Assembly: GCA_963737905.1 (NCBI GenBank)
Contig: CAVTUQ010000022.1
Span: 1 to 64,000, forward strand
DNA from: an uncultured delta proteobacterium
Lineage (GTDB): Bacteria > Desulfobacterota > Binatia > UBA9968
DNA length: 64,000 bases
Direction of reading: 5' to 3'
Position 1 is the first letter of the stretch. Every line of letters starts with the position of its first letter. A program made the position numbers and the translations under genes. Under the pieces are notes generated by a model, which did no database searches, had not been told where the DNA came from, and saw nothing but the letters and a program-made list of their open reading frames with translations. Positions 21,341 to 31,094 of the stretch are shown here, one piece after another.

Positions 21341-22116
21341 TCAGTCAGGGAATCTCAAAAGGTCCAAAGGACTCCCCGTAGAGACAAGCTTGGGCTGGCG
21401 GATCTGCAAATAACGCTGGGTACTCTGAAGTGTAGCAAAGCAATAGCGCAGTATGTGGATGCCGCGGCCTTCTTGAATTTCCGCTTTCTCTTTGGCCAGA
21501 TTGTAGATTCTATGGGCGTAATTAATGGAAATCGGACTGCCCTTGGCATTGGGAAAAAGATACATCGGCGAGCGATGCTCTTTCCAATACTTGCGCAGCT
21601 CCAAGAGCAGCCGCTCTGACAAAATCGTGTAGCGGTCTTTTTTCCCCTTACCTTGCTCCACCCTTACCATCATCCGTTCACTGTCGATGTCGCTGACTTT
21701 AAGCCTGACCAGCTCGCTGACCCGAACTCCTGTTGCATAGGCCGTCATCAAAAGACAGCGGTTGCGAAGCTTGTCGTTGGCATAAAGCAAACGCTCGACT
21801 TCCTTCTGGCTTAACACCTCCGGCAATCGCCAGCTGCCTTTCTTGGCAGCAAAAACAACTTCTATTCGTCCCACCCCAGCATCTGATAGTAAAAGAACTT
21901 CATCCCCGAGATCGCCACGTTGCGTGAACTCGGCGAGAGGTCCCGGGCTTGGAGATGCAACAGATGAGAGCGAATCGGCTCTTGAGTGAGCTGATCCGGC
22001 GACTGACGATAATACTTTACCAGCCCCACCATCGGTGAAACGTAGGACTGCTCAGTGCGGGGCGAGAAGTTCCTAAGCTTCATCTCCTCGATCATCTTGG
22101 TCCGCAGTGCTCCCAT
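21341..22116 (-). pseudogene. Tyrosine recombinase (integrase with SAM-like N-terminal domain)
   Basis: LRNFSPRTEQSY, LPEVLS, YATGVRVSE, GKGKKDR. Frameshift near 21865; the C-terminal box reads HILRYCFATLQSTQRY, with the LLGH segment missing. Confidence 0.85.
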
Positions 22117-22266
22117 AAAAACTCCTCCTTGGATTAAATTTGGGAGCTACGCTAAACCAGATGATGAGAATGAGCCAGGAAGGTAAATGGAAAACAAAAG
22201 GCTGAGTGAAAAACAACCGGCCTCACATAGCCAGTGCCACCGCGAAGCGGTTTAGTTCACCATCCA

Positions 22267-23556
22267 TTATTTAATCGCTAGGTTACTGGGCGCGCTAGGT
22301 GCGGTAACGGGAGGTTGGGTAGAGCCAGTTACATTGTTTATCTGATACACTTTTATGAGCGGTGCGCAATTGGTGTCTTCACATGATGCCGAAACGTAAA
22401 TTCTTTGCTTAATCGCGTCGTAGGCAACGCCTTGAATATCAACGAATGACGAGTCAAGTTTCCAGACCTCATAGGGCCTCACTTCCCAAGATTGCTTCTG
22501 TCCGTTTTTAACCGCCACTAAGTCATTCGCATCGTAGGCCCAGACATGGGACTGGTAGGGATACGCATGGGTTCCCTGGCCACTATCGGCAGGATCATTA
22601 CATGCCGCCCCGGTACCATAACAGTATGCTCCGAGCCCATGTTTGCCGAAGTACAGGACGGTGCGGGTTCCTTGAGGGAATGCCATACCCGTGATGACAT
22701 CCGCCTGGCTCCAGTAAAGATTTCCCACATTAGTATTGTTTAGAGGATTTCCATACGGATAACCAAGCACAAGTGTCGCTGCGACCGGATTTTTGCTTCC
22801 AATATCGGAGGGAATAATGACCGATGCTGACGGTCCCCACGATTGAAGGGAGTTTATAGCTCCACCGGAGCCACCGACCAAGACCGGTCCACCAAACGCA
22901 GATTGCCATTCGGCAGGAATAGCGGCCGCATATTTATCAACCCAGCCCGGGTATTTGTTTCCAATAGTAAACGGACCCTGTACTTGTCCTTTGGTGGATA
23001 AGTTGATCGGCCTCACAAATTGTGATTTTGACTGGGTCGCGGCACCGTCATAATATGAAAATGCACCTAAATATAAGCGGTCATTATAAACAAATGCCGA
23101 TCCAATGATTTTAGAATTAGGATCGGAGGGATTAATAGAGCCCAGTTTGCCTTCGAGAGGATCCGTAAGGTTCTGCAAAACGGTCGCGGTAGGTATTCCG
23201 GAAAATGATTGGGGTACGGCAACCTCCGCAATTTCTTGCTCATACGGATGCCCGCCAATAAAAAGAGAATTGTTTGCGGGGTTATAGGTGATGCCATATG
23301 TCCCTAATCCTCCCGTTCCGGCATAACTAAAACCATGCGTGCTTCCCAGAGTTCCCGACGGTAGTTTGAATGTCCCTAGAAGTGAGAGATTGTTGCTCTG
23401 GATTCGGGGAGCGCTGCTGGGTGTTTGCGCGTATACGTGCAAAGGCAACAGGGCAAGAGACATGACGACGACCAGATTACTGAAGATTGAGAAAAAACGA
23501 ACCTTCTGTTCACAAATCATAATACCCTCTGGAGTTTCACTGTTGTTGTTATCCAT
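22267..23556 (-). CDS. Secreted hypothetical protein (Gly/Ser/Tyr-rich, possibly beta-propeller)
   Basis: 429-aa ORF with a signal-peptide-like segment ending VYA|QT; C-terminus PPVTAPSAPSNLAIK. Confidence 0.7.
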   Translation of the reverse strand: MDNNNSETPEGIMICEQKVRFFSIFSNLVVVMSLALLPLHVYAQTPSSAPRIQSNNLSLLGTFKLPSGTLGSTHGFSYAGTGGLGTYGITYNPANNSLFIGGHPYEQEIAEVAVPQSFSGIPTATVLQNLTDPLEGKLGSINPSDPNSKIIGSAFVYNDRLYLGAFSYYDGAATQSKSQFVRPINLSTKGQVQGPFTIGNKYPGWVDKYAAAIPAEWQSAFGGPVLVGGSGGAINSLQSWGPSASVIIPSDIGSKNPVAATLVLGYPYGNPLNNTNVGNLYWSQADVITGMAFPQGTRTVLYFGKHGLGAYCYGTGAACNDPADSGQGTHAYPYQSHVWAYDANDLVAVKNGQKQSWEVRPYEVWKLDSSFVDIQGVAYDAIKQRIYVSASCEDTNCAPLIKVYQINNVTGSTQPPVTAPSAPSNLAIK

Positions 23557-23881
23557 GTTTCAACACTCAGTAATCGATTCGTAAGAAGATGACCTAGTTC
23601 AGTTGTCATTAGCACTTCCCCGCCACGGTTAGGTTACCTCGCTGTTCGCCGGTCATCGCCGAACCGTGAACAATGCATTGTTGGCGACCTTAAAGCTGCT
23701 TAATGACGTAAGCGTTGCAAATCCGGAAGATTTCATTAATGAGACCCATTCCCATCCCCAAAACCCGATAAATACCTTAGATGAACTTGTCACTGCTCGC
23801 AATCGCGATGAATCTTGTATCTATGCCAGCCCCCAGGCTTTTATAGCTACACAACAGAATATTTCCCGATGGGTGTCATGT

Positions 23882-24046
23882 TTAGTTTGCTACTAGATTG
23901 CTCGGTGCTGCCGGAACCAGTGCTGTCGGCGGTGGACTCGACGCGCTGTACTCATCGGCTCCGATATCCGAAGCAAGCCCCACAGGTCGGCGTCGACCAT
24001 CAAAGTCATCGTTAACTGCCACGCTAGTTCGTCGGTCAATAGCACC
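23882..24046 (-). pseudogene. C-terminal remnant of a secreted protein (choice-of-anchor-Q-like tail)
   Basis: Manual translation: GAIDRRTSVAVNDDFDGRRRPVGLASDIGADEYSASSPPPTALVPAAPSNLVAN*. No N-terminal body is present. Confidence 0.7.
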
Positions 24047-24053
24047 CGTCCCG

Positions 24054-24068
24054 GCAAGGCTTGTGCCA
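24054..24068 (-). promoter_or_regulatory. Sigma54 (-24/-12) promoter
   Basis: Minus strand TGGCACAAGCCTTGC matches TGGCAC-N5-TTGC exactly; AT-rich region upstream. Confidence 0.75.
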
Positions 24069-24292
24069 AACCGCGGTCATGCTCTGTTTGTTTGCTAAGT
24101 TACCGATTTCTAGGTCAAAAATTATAAGATCATCCTATCATGGCTGAAAGAGAATATCTAAACTAACATTTTGTCTATAATTCTGTGCAATTTTGAATCC
24201 GTAGTGGTTAGGGTTTTTCCTCAAACATTTTTGGCCGGGAGAAAATATTCGCGGCACAGAGGTTGCCTAAAGTCTGATGATAGTGGCATGGA

Positions 24293-25321
24293 ATGAAAGT
24301 AGTCACTATCGATTCAGAAGAAAGCGCATGGGAACTTTTCATTCGGTCCGTCGAAGACGCGACTTCTTATCATCAGTTCAAATGGAGAAATGTCATTACT
24401 GAAAGCTTTGGGCATAATTGTCATTACCTTGCTGCGATCGATGAGAACGGAGAGTGGCAGGGAGTGCTTCCCCTCGTCCACATGCGTAGTAGGCTTTTCG
24501 GTCATTTTTTGATTTCAGTCCCGTTTGTCAATTACGGTGGACTACTTTGCAAGAATGATTCAGCTGCAGGATGTTTGCTGAGGAGGCAGAACGGCTTCGG
24601 CGTTCCCTTGGAGCAACACACGTTGAGTTACGACACGTCGGGGGATCCCTCAAAGGGATTCCGAGTCGGCAGCATAAGGTCACGATGATATTAGATTTGG
24701 CTACTGATGTTGACGCTCAATGGCGAACTTTCAATGCCAAGCTGCGCAACCAGATACGAAAGGCGCAGAAAAGTGGGTTGCAATCTGTGGCCGGTCATCT
24801 AGAACTCCTAGATGGGTTCTACGAGGTTTTCGCCCGTAATATGCGAGACCTTGGCACGCCAGTCTATGCAAAGAGCTTTTTCCATAATATTCTGGAAGGA
24901 TTCCCGGAAAGCACGAGGATTTTTGCCGTCTACCACGAACACAAAAGTGATTGCTGCTGGGATCGGCTCCTGGTTTAGGAAAACATTAGAAATGCCCTGG
25001 GCATCCTCAATCAGCGATTATAATGTGCTCTGTCCTAACAACATGCTTTATTGGGAAGCGATACAGTTTGCCATACGCAATGGGTTCCGTAAGTTCGACT
25101 TTGGCCGATCAACGCTCAACGAAGGGACGTATAATTTCAAGAAACAATGGGGTGCAAAGCCTGTCCAACTTTACTGGCAATACCTGATGGATGGTCAGAA
25201 CAGCATTCCTGATCTGAACCCGACGAATCCGAGGTATCAAACAGCCATTCGTATATGGCAGCGTCTTCCTTTGCCGGTAACCAGGGTACTTGGGCCGATG
25301 ATCGTTCGAAACATCCCATAA
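24293..25321 (+). CDS. FemAB-like GNAT protein, XrtA/PEP-CTERM system-associated, frameshifted
   Basis: SVPFVNYGG, KLRNQIRKA, NMRDLGTPVY, FDFGRST, FKKQWGAKP across three frames. Confidence 0.85.
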
Positions 25322-25498
25322 ACGGTCGTGAGAGTTCAGAAAACAATTATGGTGACAGCTTGGGATTATGACAAGCCGATACGGCCGGCATTGTTCTGAT
25401 GGAGAAACCAGTAACAATGGAACGACTTACCTTGAATTCATGTCCACGATAGCGGCTTTTGGTACGAGTAATATGTTCAAAGATGCGTAAGCGTTATC

Positions 25499-26431
25499 TT
25501 GGTAACGGGTGGCGCGGGCTTTATCGGTTCGCATATTGTGCGACGACTTGTTGGCGAGGGGGAATTAGTTCGGGTAGTGGATAATTTGTCTACGGGTCAG
25601 TCAATACGCTTGAAGACTGCACGCGATTCCATAGAATTCGTAGAAGGGGACTTGGCCGACGAGCGGGTTAGTGATGAGATCGTTAGAGATGTCGATTACG
25701 TTTTGCATCAAGCGGCAGTGCCATCGGTGCAACGGTCCGTTTACGATCCCATTGGTACGAACCGAGCAAATGTGAACGCGACTTTGAACCTTTTAGAAAG
25801 TTGCCGGAAAGCAGGTGTTCGTCGTCTCGTCTACGCGGCATCGTCGTCCGCTTATGGTGATACAGAGGTTCTCCCCAAGGCGGAGGAGATGTCGCCGAAT
25901 CCACTCTCGCCCTATGCGCTACAGAAATTGGTCGGGGAGCGCTACTGCAGGCTGTATTATGACCTGTATGGGCTGGAAACGGTGAGCCTCAGATATTTCA
26001 ATGTTTTTGGTCCCGGCCAAGATCCTCACTCAGAGTACTCAGCAGTTATTCCCAAATTTATCACTAAACTATTAGCGCGAGAGCCTATAACTGTTTACGG
26101 CGACGGCGAACAATCCCGCGATTTCACTTACGTTGAAAACGTGGTGGAGGCCAATTTACTTGCTTTACGGGCGAGTGAAGTCAATGGGAATGTTTGCAAT
26201 ATAGGTTGTGGTGAACACATCACTCTGAACGAGTTAATCCGTCTGCTGGAGGAAATCCTAGGAATCAAAGCAAATGTGAATTACGCTGCCTCCAAGGCTG
26301 GCGATGTACGGCACTCTTTGGCTGATATTACTCGGGCACGCCATTTTTTGGGCTATGAGCCTAAAGTCATGGTGAAGGAGGGGCTTAGACGAACGGTTCA
26401 AGCATTTATGATACACCGAATGCGGAAGTGA
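25499..26431 (+). CDS. NDP-sugar epimerase/dehydratase (extended SDR, WbpP-like)
   Basis: VTGGAGFIG, SSSAYG, YALQK (YxxxK), RYFNVFGP, RDFTYV. The true start is probably ~25483. Confidence 0.92.
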   Translation: MVTGGAGFIGSHIVRRLVGEGELVRVVDNLSTGQSIRLKTARDSIEFVEGDLADERVSDEIVRDVDYVLHQAAVPSVQRSVYDPIGTNRANVNATLNLLESCRKAGVRRLVYAASSSAYGDTEVLPKAEEMSPNPLSPYALQKLVGERYCRLYYDLYGLETVSLRYFNVFGPGQDPHSEYSAVIPKFITKLLAREPITVYGDGEQSRDFTYVENVVEANLLALRASEVNGNVCNIGCGEHITLNELIRLLEEILGIKANVNYAASKAGDVRHSLADITRARHFLGYEPKVMVKEGLRRTVQAFMIHRMRK

Positions 26432-26512
26432 AGTTCATAGATTATATATATTAAGATCGCTTTGAGATCAGTAACTGAACACGAATAGCCGTTCGTCTCA
26501 AAAATTGGCGCC

Positions 26513-26545
26513 AAAATCCCAGCCAGAACTGGCTGGGATTTTTTT
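26513..26545. terminator. Intrinsic terminator between convergent genes
   Basis: AAAATCCCAGCCA-gaac-TGGCTGGGATTTTTTT stem-loop with T/A tracts. Confidence 0.75.
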
Positions 26546-26605
26546 GGCCTCGACAATTCAGCAAAACTATCAGCGCAAGATTTGATCAATAACCAAGAGA
26601 ATTAG

Positions 26606-26944
26606 CTATTGGTAGTCTTTGCTCACTTGCTCGGGAGTAATAATCCAATCCCCTGTACACGATCTGCGAGCTACCTCGCCAATTTGTTTCCCATTGGTTC
26701 CGCCCTCATAGTTCCCGGCGACCCCATAAGTTGCGGTGTAGGCTACGGCTGCGCCGGCTTGGGTTCCCACACAGGTAACAAATTTGAACGGGACGTGAAG
26801 TACCGACAGCAATACGCTGCCCAGGACAGAGAACCCGTCAGTCTGTTGCGTAGTAGATTGTTGTGCGCGCAACGCGCCCGGAACTGCCAAGACGCTTATC
26901 ACTAAAAGCCCTCCACACATGCTGCGAACAATCCTTCTTTTCAT
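26606..26944 (-). CDS. Small exported hypothetical protein
   Basis: MKRRIVRSMCGGLLVISVLAVPGALRA|QQ signal peptide with an AGGAG RBS; two Cys in the mature part. Confidence 0.6.
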   Translation of the reverse strand: MKRRIVRSMCGGLLVISVLAVPGALRAQQSTTQQTDGFSVLGSVLLSVLHVPFKFVTCVGTQAGAAVAYTATYGVAGNYEGGTNGKQIGEVARRSCTGDWIITPEQVSKDYQ

Positions 26945-27011
26945 ACTTTGAACTCCTTTCATCCAATTCTTGAGAGTAACAATTTTGACTGGGTTTCTCT
27001 CGCACGTCAAG

Positions 27012-28382
27012 CTATGGCCGTTGTAACGTGACGTGACGCCCGTGTGTTTTTCCGTTTGTGCTACTCGTCATATTCGCAAAACTTGCTGTCCCGAGAGAGC
27101 AATCTGTCGGTTTATGTCGGGGTTGCTTCAACAATTGCGTGATCTCGTGAGCTGGAATGGGGTAGCTGTAGTAATAGCCTTGGGCTTCATCGCATTCAAA
27201 GCCGACGAGCATGTCGTTAGCCTCCTGGGTTTCCACACCTTCCGCGGTTACCTTAAGGCTCAAATTGTGTCCTAAATCGACGATGGATCGCACGATGACT
27301 GCATTGTCCCGGTCCGATTCCATATTCTGAACGAAAGATTTGTCAATTTTCATCCCTGTGACGGGTAACTTTCTCAGATGCGCCAGAGACGAATATCCCG
27401 TGCCAAAATCATCAATAGTAAAGCGTACCCCCAAATCTCTGATGAGTGTTAACGTGCGCATCGTTCGTTGCGGATCCCCCATAATCGCGCTCTCTGTAAT
27501 TTCGAACTCCAATCTTTCGGCCGGCATTCCCATGCTCTTGGTAAGACCCGCGATCTGGTCCGGTAGCTCTTGAGCTTCCAGGTTCCACATGGATAGATTG
27601 ACGGCAATGCCTATATCGATTCCCAAGTCGTTCCAGGCACGGCACTGGAGAAGCGACTGATGGAGTACCCAGAGAGTAAGGGGAATGATTAAGCCGGTTC
27701 TTTCGGCCACCGGAATAAATTCATCGGGTGGAATCAGTCCGAGCTCCGGATGCTGCCAGCGGGTTAGAACCTCAAGGCCACCGATCAAGCCAGTTTTTAG
27801 GTTTATCTTGGGTTGATATAGCAAAAACAGTTGATCGGCTACGATCGCCCGCCGCAACTCGCTCATGCGTAATACAGCGCGAGGCGCATTATTCTGCTCT
27901 TGTGCATACACTACGTATTTGTTTCTTGTCCTTTTGGCGGTGCTTAGCGCGATATCGGCTCGGTGCACTAAGTTATCTGCACTGCTACTATGCTCTGGAA
28001 ATAGTGCGATTCCAATGCGTGGCCGAACGTCGAATGTTACCGCCTCAAGTAACAAAGGTTCTTCCAACTTGCCCAGAACTTTCCGTGCGACGAAAATGAC
28101 ATCATCTGGCCCGGCAACAGAGGGTAACAAAACTGCCAGCTCTCCGCCGTCCATGCGAACTACTGTATCTGAGTCTCTCAGTACCGTGCGCAGACGGATC
28201 CAAATCTTCTCAGCAAATTCCTTTGCCAGCTCAGAATCTTGAATTGGAAAGTTGTTTGGGCCGTCGATATCAATCAGCAACAGGCCAACTTGCTTGACAT
28301 CATGTTGGGCCGCCAGGAGAGCCTGTCGAAGGCGGAGTTCAAAAAGAGTATTCCCAGACAAATCAGCAAAGACTTGGTTCAT
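27012..28382 (-). CDS. Degenerate-GGDEF/EAL c-di-GMP phosphodiesterase
   Basis: GGDEF site reads DGGEL. The EAL domain looks intact: YQPK, EVLTRW, EITES, DDFGTGYSS, KIDKSF, AEGVE, QGY. Confidence 0.9.
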   Translation of the reverse strand: MNQVFADLSGNTLFELRLRQALLAAQHDVKQVGLLLIDIDGPNNFPIQDSELAKEFAEKIWIRLRTVLRDSDTVVRMDGGELAVLLPSVAGPDDVIFVARKVLGKLEEPLLLEAVTFDVRPRIGIALFPEHSSSADNLVHRADIALSTAKRTRNKYVVYAQEQNNAPRAVLRMSELRRAIVADQLFLLYQPKINLKTGLIGGLEVLTRWQHPELGLIPPDEFIPVAERTGLIIPLTLWVLHQSLLQCRAWNDLGIDIGIAVNLSMWNLEAQELPDQIAGLTKSMGMPAERLEFEITESAIMGDPQRTMRTLTLIRDLGVRFTIDDFGTGYSSLAHLRKLPVTGMKIDKSFVQNMESDRDNAVIVRSIVDLGHNLSLKVTAEGVETQEANDMLVGFECDEAQGYYYSYPIPAHEITQLLKQPRHKPTDCSLGTASFANMTSSTNGKTHGRHVTLQRP

Positions 28383-28499
28383 TAAGCTCCAACCTGGTGA
28401 AAATTAGTTACCACCTGTGATTGATGTCGCCAAGTGTCTTTGTCCAGGACGTTTGTTTAGTGACTGCTTTTTGACGTAACTCGCTAGCGGTGATTGGCA

Positions 28500-28514
28500 G
28501 CAAGCCGTATGCCA
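28500..28514 (-). promoter_or_regulatory. Sigma54 promoter for the EAL gene
   Basis: Minus strand TGGCATACGGCTTGC; GACA-N4-TGTC dyad at 28636-28647 upstream. Confidence 0.7.
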
Positions 28515-28892
28515 TTGCCTCCAGGTCATAAAGAAAATCGTGTAGTCTCAAGTGGATTCATTATCGCGGCGGGTCGCTGAAGAAATGTTGGCGCCTTTCT
28601 AATCCTACTTCTGCGACATCATCGTGCACATAGGTGACATGTTTGTCTCATGGATGCTTTCCATCGGACCCATTTTGAACTCACGCCGTGGCAATTGCAG
28701 TGAGCGATGGGATGGTCCTTAATGTGTCAGATCTAACCGCCATTCAGGCGCGGTTTTAGGAGCGCCGATATAAAGGTGGCGTGACCATGCTGTGATGAGC
28801 CGGCGATTATTAACGCACATCAAATAAAACCAAAGATGGCAAGTTAGAAAAGAGTTCTCTGGAAACCTATAAACCGCCAGTAAGTTCCGAAG

Positions 28893-30095
28893 CTATCCCA
28901 CCGCTCGATTGATGTTTTTCGCCTCACTAACCTTTCTTCTAGAAGACGCTAGGAGTGATACAGCGTTTTCCTTGAGGCGAGGAAGCGGCAGCTTTATCAA
29001 ATTTCGCAAGCGGCGCCTCGCCAGACGCCCGCCTTCGGACGCTCGTGGCAGTACGATTTTGAATGTCGTTCCCTTTCCTACTTCGCTCTCTACGCTCATT
29101 GTTCCGTTCATCTGATCCACGTGTTTTTTGACGATGCTGAGGCCCAATCCGATTCCCCCGCGTGAATTCTCAGATGAAGTCTTGTGAACTTGCATGAAGG
29201 GGTCAAAAATGTTCGAGAGATGGTGGTGGGCAATTCCTATCCCAGTGTCGGATACGTCGAGGGCGACGGTTTGGCTTGTCAACCAGTTAAGCCGGACTGA
29301 AATGACTCCACGATCTGTATACTTGATTGCGTTCTGAAGCAGATTGCTAACTATCTCTTTGAATCTCTCAGGGTCAGTGTTAAGTGTATTGACCTCTTTG
29401 GAAAGCTCCCATCTGAGCTCAAGACCTTTTTGCCTGCACAAGAAATCAAAGGTATCGCGAAGATCATCAAAAATGTTACTAACCGGAAATTCTTCAACAC
29501 GAAGGGACTGCTTGTTTGCCTCCAACCGGGAAAAAATGAGGATCTGATCAATCATGTTCTTGAGATGACTCGACTGTTTCGCAACAATCTGAAGAATTTC
29601 CTGATGCTTGGATTCAATCTCTCCGTAGAGTCCATCCGTTATGCACTCTATGTAGCCTATGATCACCGCAAGTGGGGTGCGTAACTCATGTGAGACTTGA
29701 TTGAGGAATTCTGATTTGAGCCGGGCCACATGCTCGGCTCTTTCTTTCTCCTGCTTCAAGACTTCGAGCGCCGAGGCTGTCGTATCCTTCGGAGCCGACT
29801 TGGCCCCGGCAATAGCCAATCCGACGATTAGAATTCCGAAAACGGCGATAGAACCGTAAAGCAACAATTCCTTGTTACTTCTGAAAGTCGCGAAATAATT
29901 AGTGAGCTTACTCAGAATACTTTGGGGAACCTGAGATGTTCTAGTACTCAGTTGTTTGACGCCGATGGAGTCGCGGCTCCCGGCCCATTTTAGCTCGCCG
30001 GAAATGCTCGCTTGGTGCGGTTCAAATAGTATCCAAGCGCCAACAACGAGGGTTAGGACGAACGGGATGAGAAGGGCTACGCTTCGAAGCGACAT
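28893..30095 (-). CDS. Membrane sensor histidine kinase
   Basis: Two TM segments; SHELRTPL, NLLQNAIKYT, DTGIG, FDPF, GLGL. Confidence 0.93.
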   Translation of the reverse strand: MSLRSVALLIPFVLTLVVGAWILFEPHQASISGELKWAGSRDSIGVKQLSTRTSQVPQSILSKLTNYFATFRSNKELLLYGSIAVFGILIVGLAIAGAKSAPKDTTASALEVLKQEKERAEHVARLKSEFLNQVSHELRTPLAVIIGYIECITDGLYGEIESKHQEILQIVAKQSSHLKNMIDQILIFSRLEANKQSLRVEEFPVSNIFDDLRDTFDFLCRQKGLELRWELSKEVNTLNTDPERFKEIVSNLLQNAIKYTDRGVISVRLNWLTSQTVALDVSDTGIGIAHHHLSNIFDPFMQVHKTSSENSRGGIGLGLSIVKKHVDQMNGTMSVESEVGKGTTFKIVLPRASEGGRLARRRLRNLIKLPLPRLKENAVSLLASSRRKVSEAKNINRAVG

Positions 30096-30098
30096 TCG

Positions 30099-31094
30099 TC
30101 AGGCGTGTGCGGATGTTTGAGTCAAGCCCTTTTTGCCTCGGGGAAGACAAACCTGGATCCTATCCTTGCCGCTATTTTTGGCCACGTACATCGCCTGATC
30201 TGCATCCTCTAACATTTGTTGCCAGTCAGTATATTGCTTAGTCGAGGCTGAACTTAGGCCGATACTGACCGTGAGCGGAAAGAGGCTAGTGCTAATGCCG
30301 AATGTTTGCGACCTGATTTCTTCATGAATCTTGTTGGCCACCTGCAGGGCGCTTTCTTGGTCAGTTTCGGGCAGAATCAGGACGAATTCTTCTCCACCAT
30401 ATCGGGCCGGGAAATCACTTCGCCGAGTTTTTTCTCGCAAGATTGCGGAAATTTTGACGAGCGCGGTATCCCCGCCGTGATGTCCATAGGTATCGTTGAT
30501 AGTTTTAAAGTTGTCGATGTCCAAAAGTAGAACCGAGAGTGGATGGTTGTATCGCTTTGCTCTTTCAAATTCTTCCGCAATCTTTCGTTCGAACGCGCGT
30601 CGATTAAAGAGGCCAGTCAGTGGATCAATCTGGGTTTGATACTCGAGGTTCTGTTGATAGTGCACGACTCTAGAACCCACGCGAACTCTGGCCAGCAACT
30701 CGGAAAAGGAAAATGGCTTCGTAATATAGTCGTCGGCCCCGAGATCGAGCCCGCGTACTCTATCCCCTTCCTGGATCCTGGCCGTAATTAGAATCATGTA
30801 GATGCCCTTGAGGGCGGGATCACTGCGGATACTTTTGATCAGCTCAAAACCATCCATTTTTGGCATCATTATGTCCGACAGCGCAATCTGGACGTTTTCC
30901 TTTTGGAGTTTTTCCAAGGCCTCCATGCCATTCCCCGCAGTCACAACGCGGTAGCCTTCTCGCTGAAGAACAATTGCCAGGAGGTCCCGTTGATCCGGAT
31001 GATCTTCGATGACCAAGATCGTTAACGGTTTTCGTTCGTCTCCGCCAGTTTTCATATAAGTCTCATGGAGCAAATTTTTATAGGACACTCGCAC
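30099..31094 (-). CDS. Response-regulator diguanylate cyclase (REC-GGDEF)
   Basis: IEDH, DIMMP and KPF (REC); DPLTGLFNRR, RRSD I-site and RYGGEEF. Confidence 0.93.
   Translation of the reverse strand: MRVSYKNLLHETYMKTGGDERKPLTILVIEDHPDQRDLLAIVLQREGYRVVTAGNGMEALEKLQKENVQIALSDIMMPKMDGFELIKSIRSDPALKGIYMILITARIQEGDRVRGLDLGADDYITKPFSFSELLARVRVGSRVVHYQQNLEYQTQIDPLTGLFNRRAFERKIAEEFERAKRYNHPLSVLLLDIDNFKTINDTYGHHGGDTALVKISAILREKTRRSDFPARYGGEEFVLILPETDQESALQVANKIHEEIRSQTFGISTSLFPLTVSIGLSSASTKQYTDWQQMLEDADQAMYVAKNSGKDRIQVCLPRGKKGLTQTSAHA

Larger units (their letters stand above)
19897..22261 (-). mobile_element. Decayed IS91-family element of the subgroup carrying an upstream tyrosine recombinase
   Basis: Integrase + Y2 transposase gene pair. 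The ends are imperfect inverted repeats: 19897-19911 GTTGGACTAAACCGC versus 22247-22261 GCGGTTTAGTTCACC (13/15). Each end also has an internal CATAGCC. Confidence 0.8.

Noticed and set aside
23580-23880. Riboswitch in the long leader of the 429-aa gene
   Set aside because: No recognisable c-di-GMP or other aptamer motif; much of the apparent leader is explained by the gene remnant.
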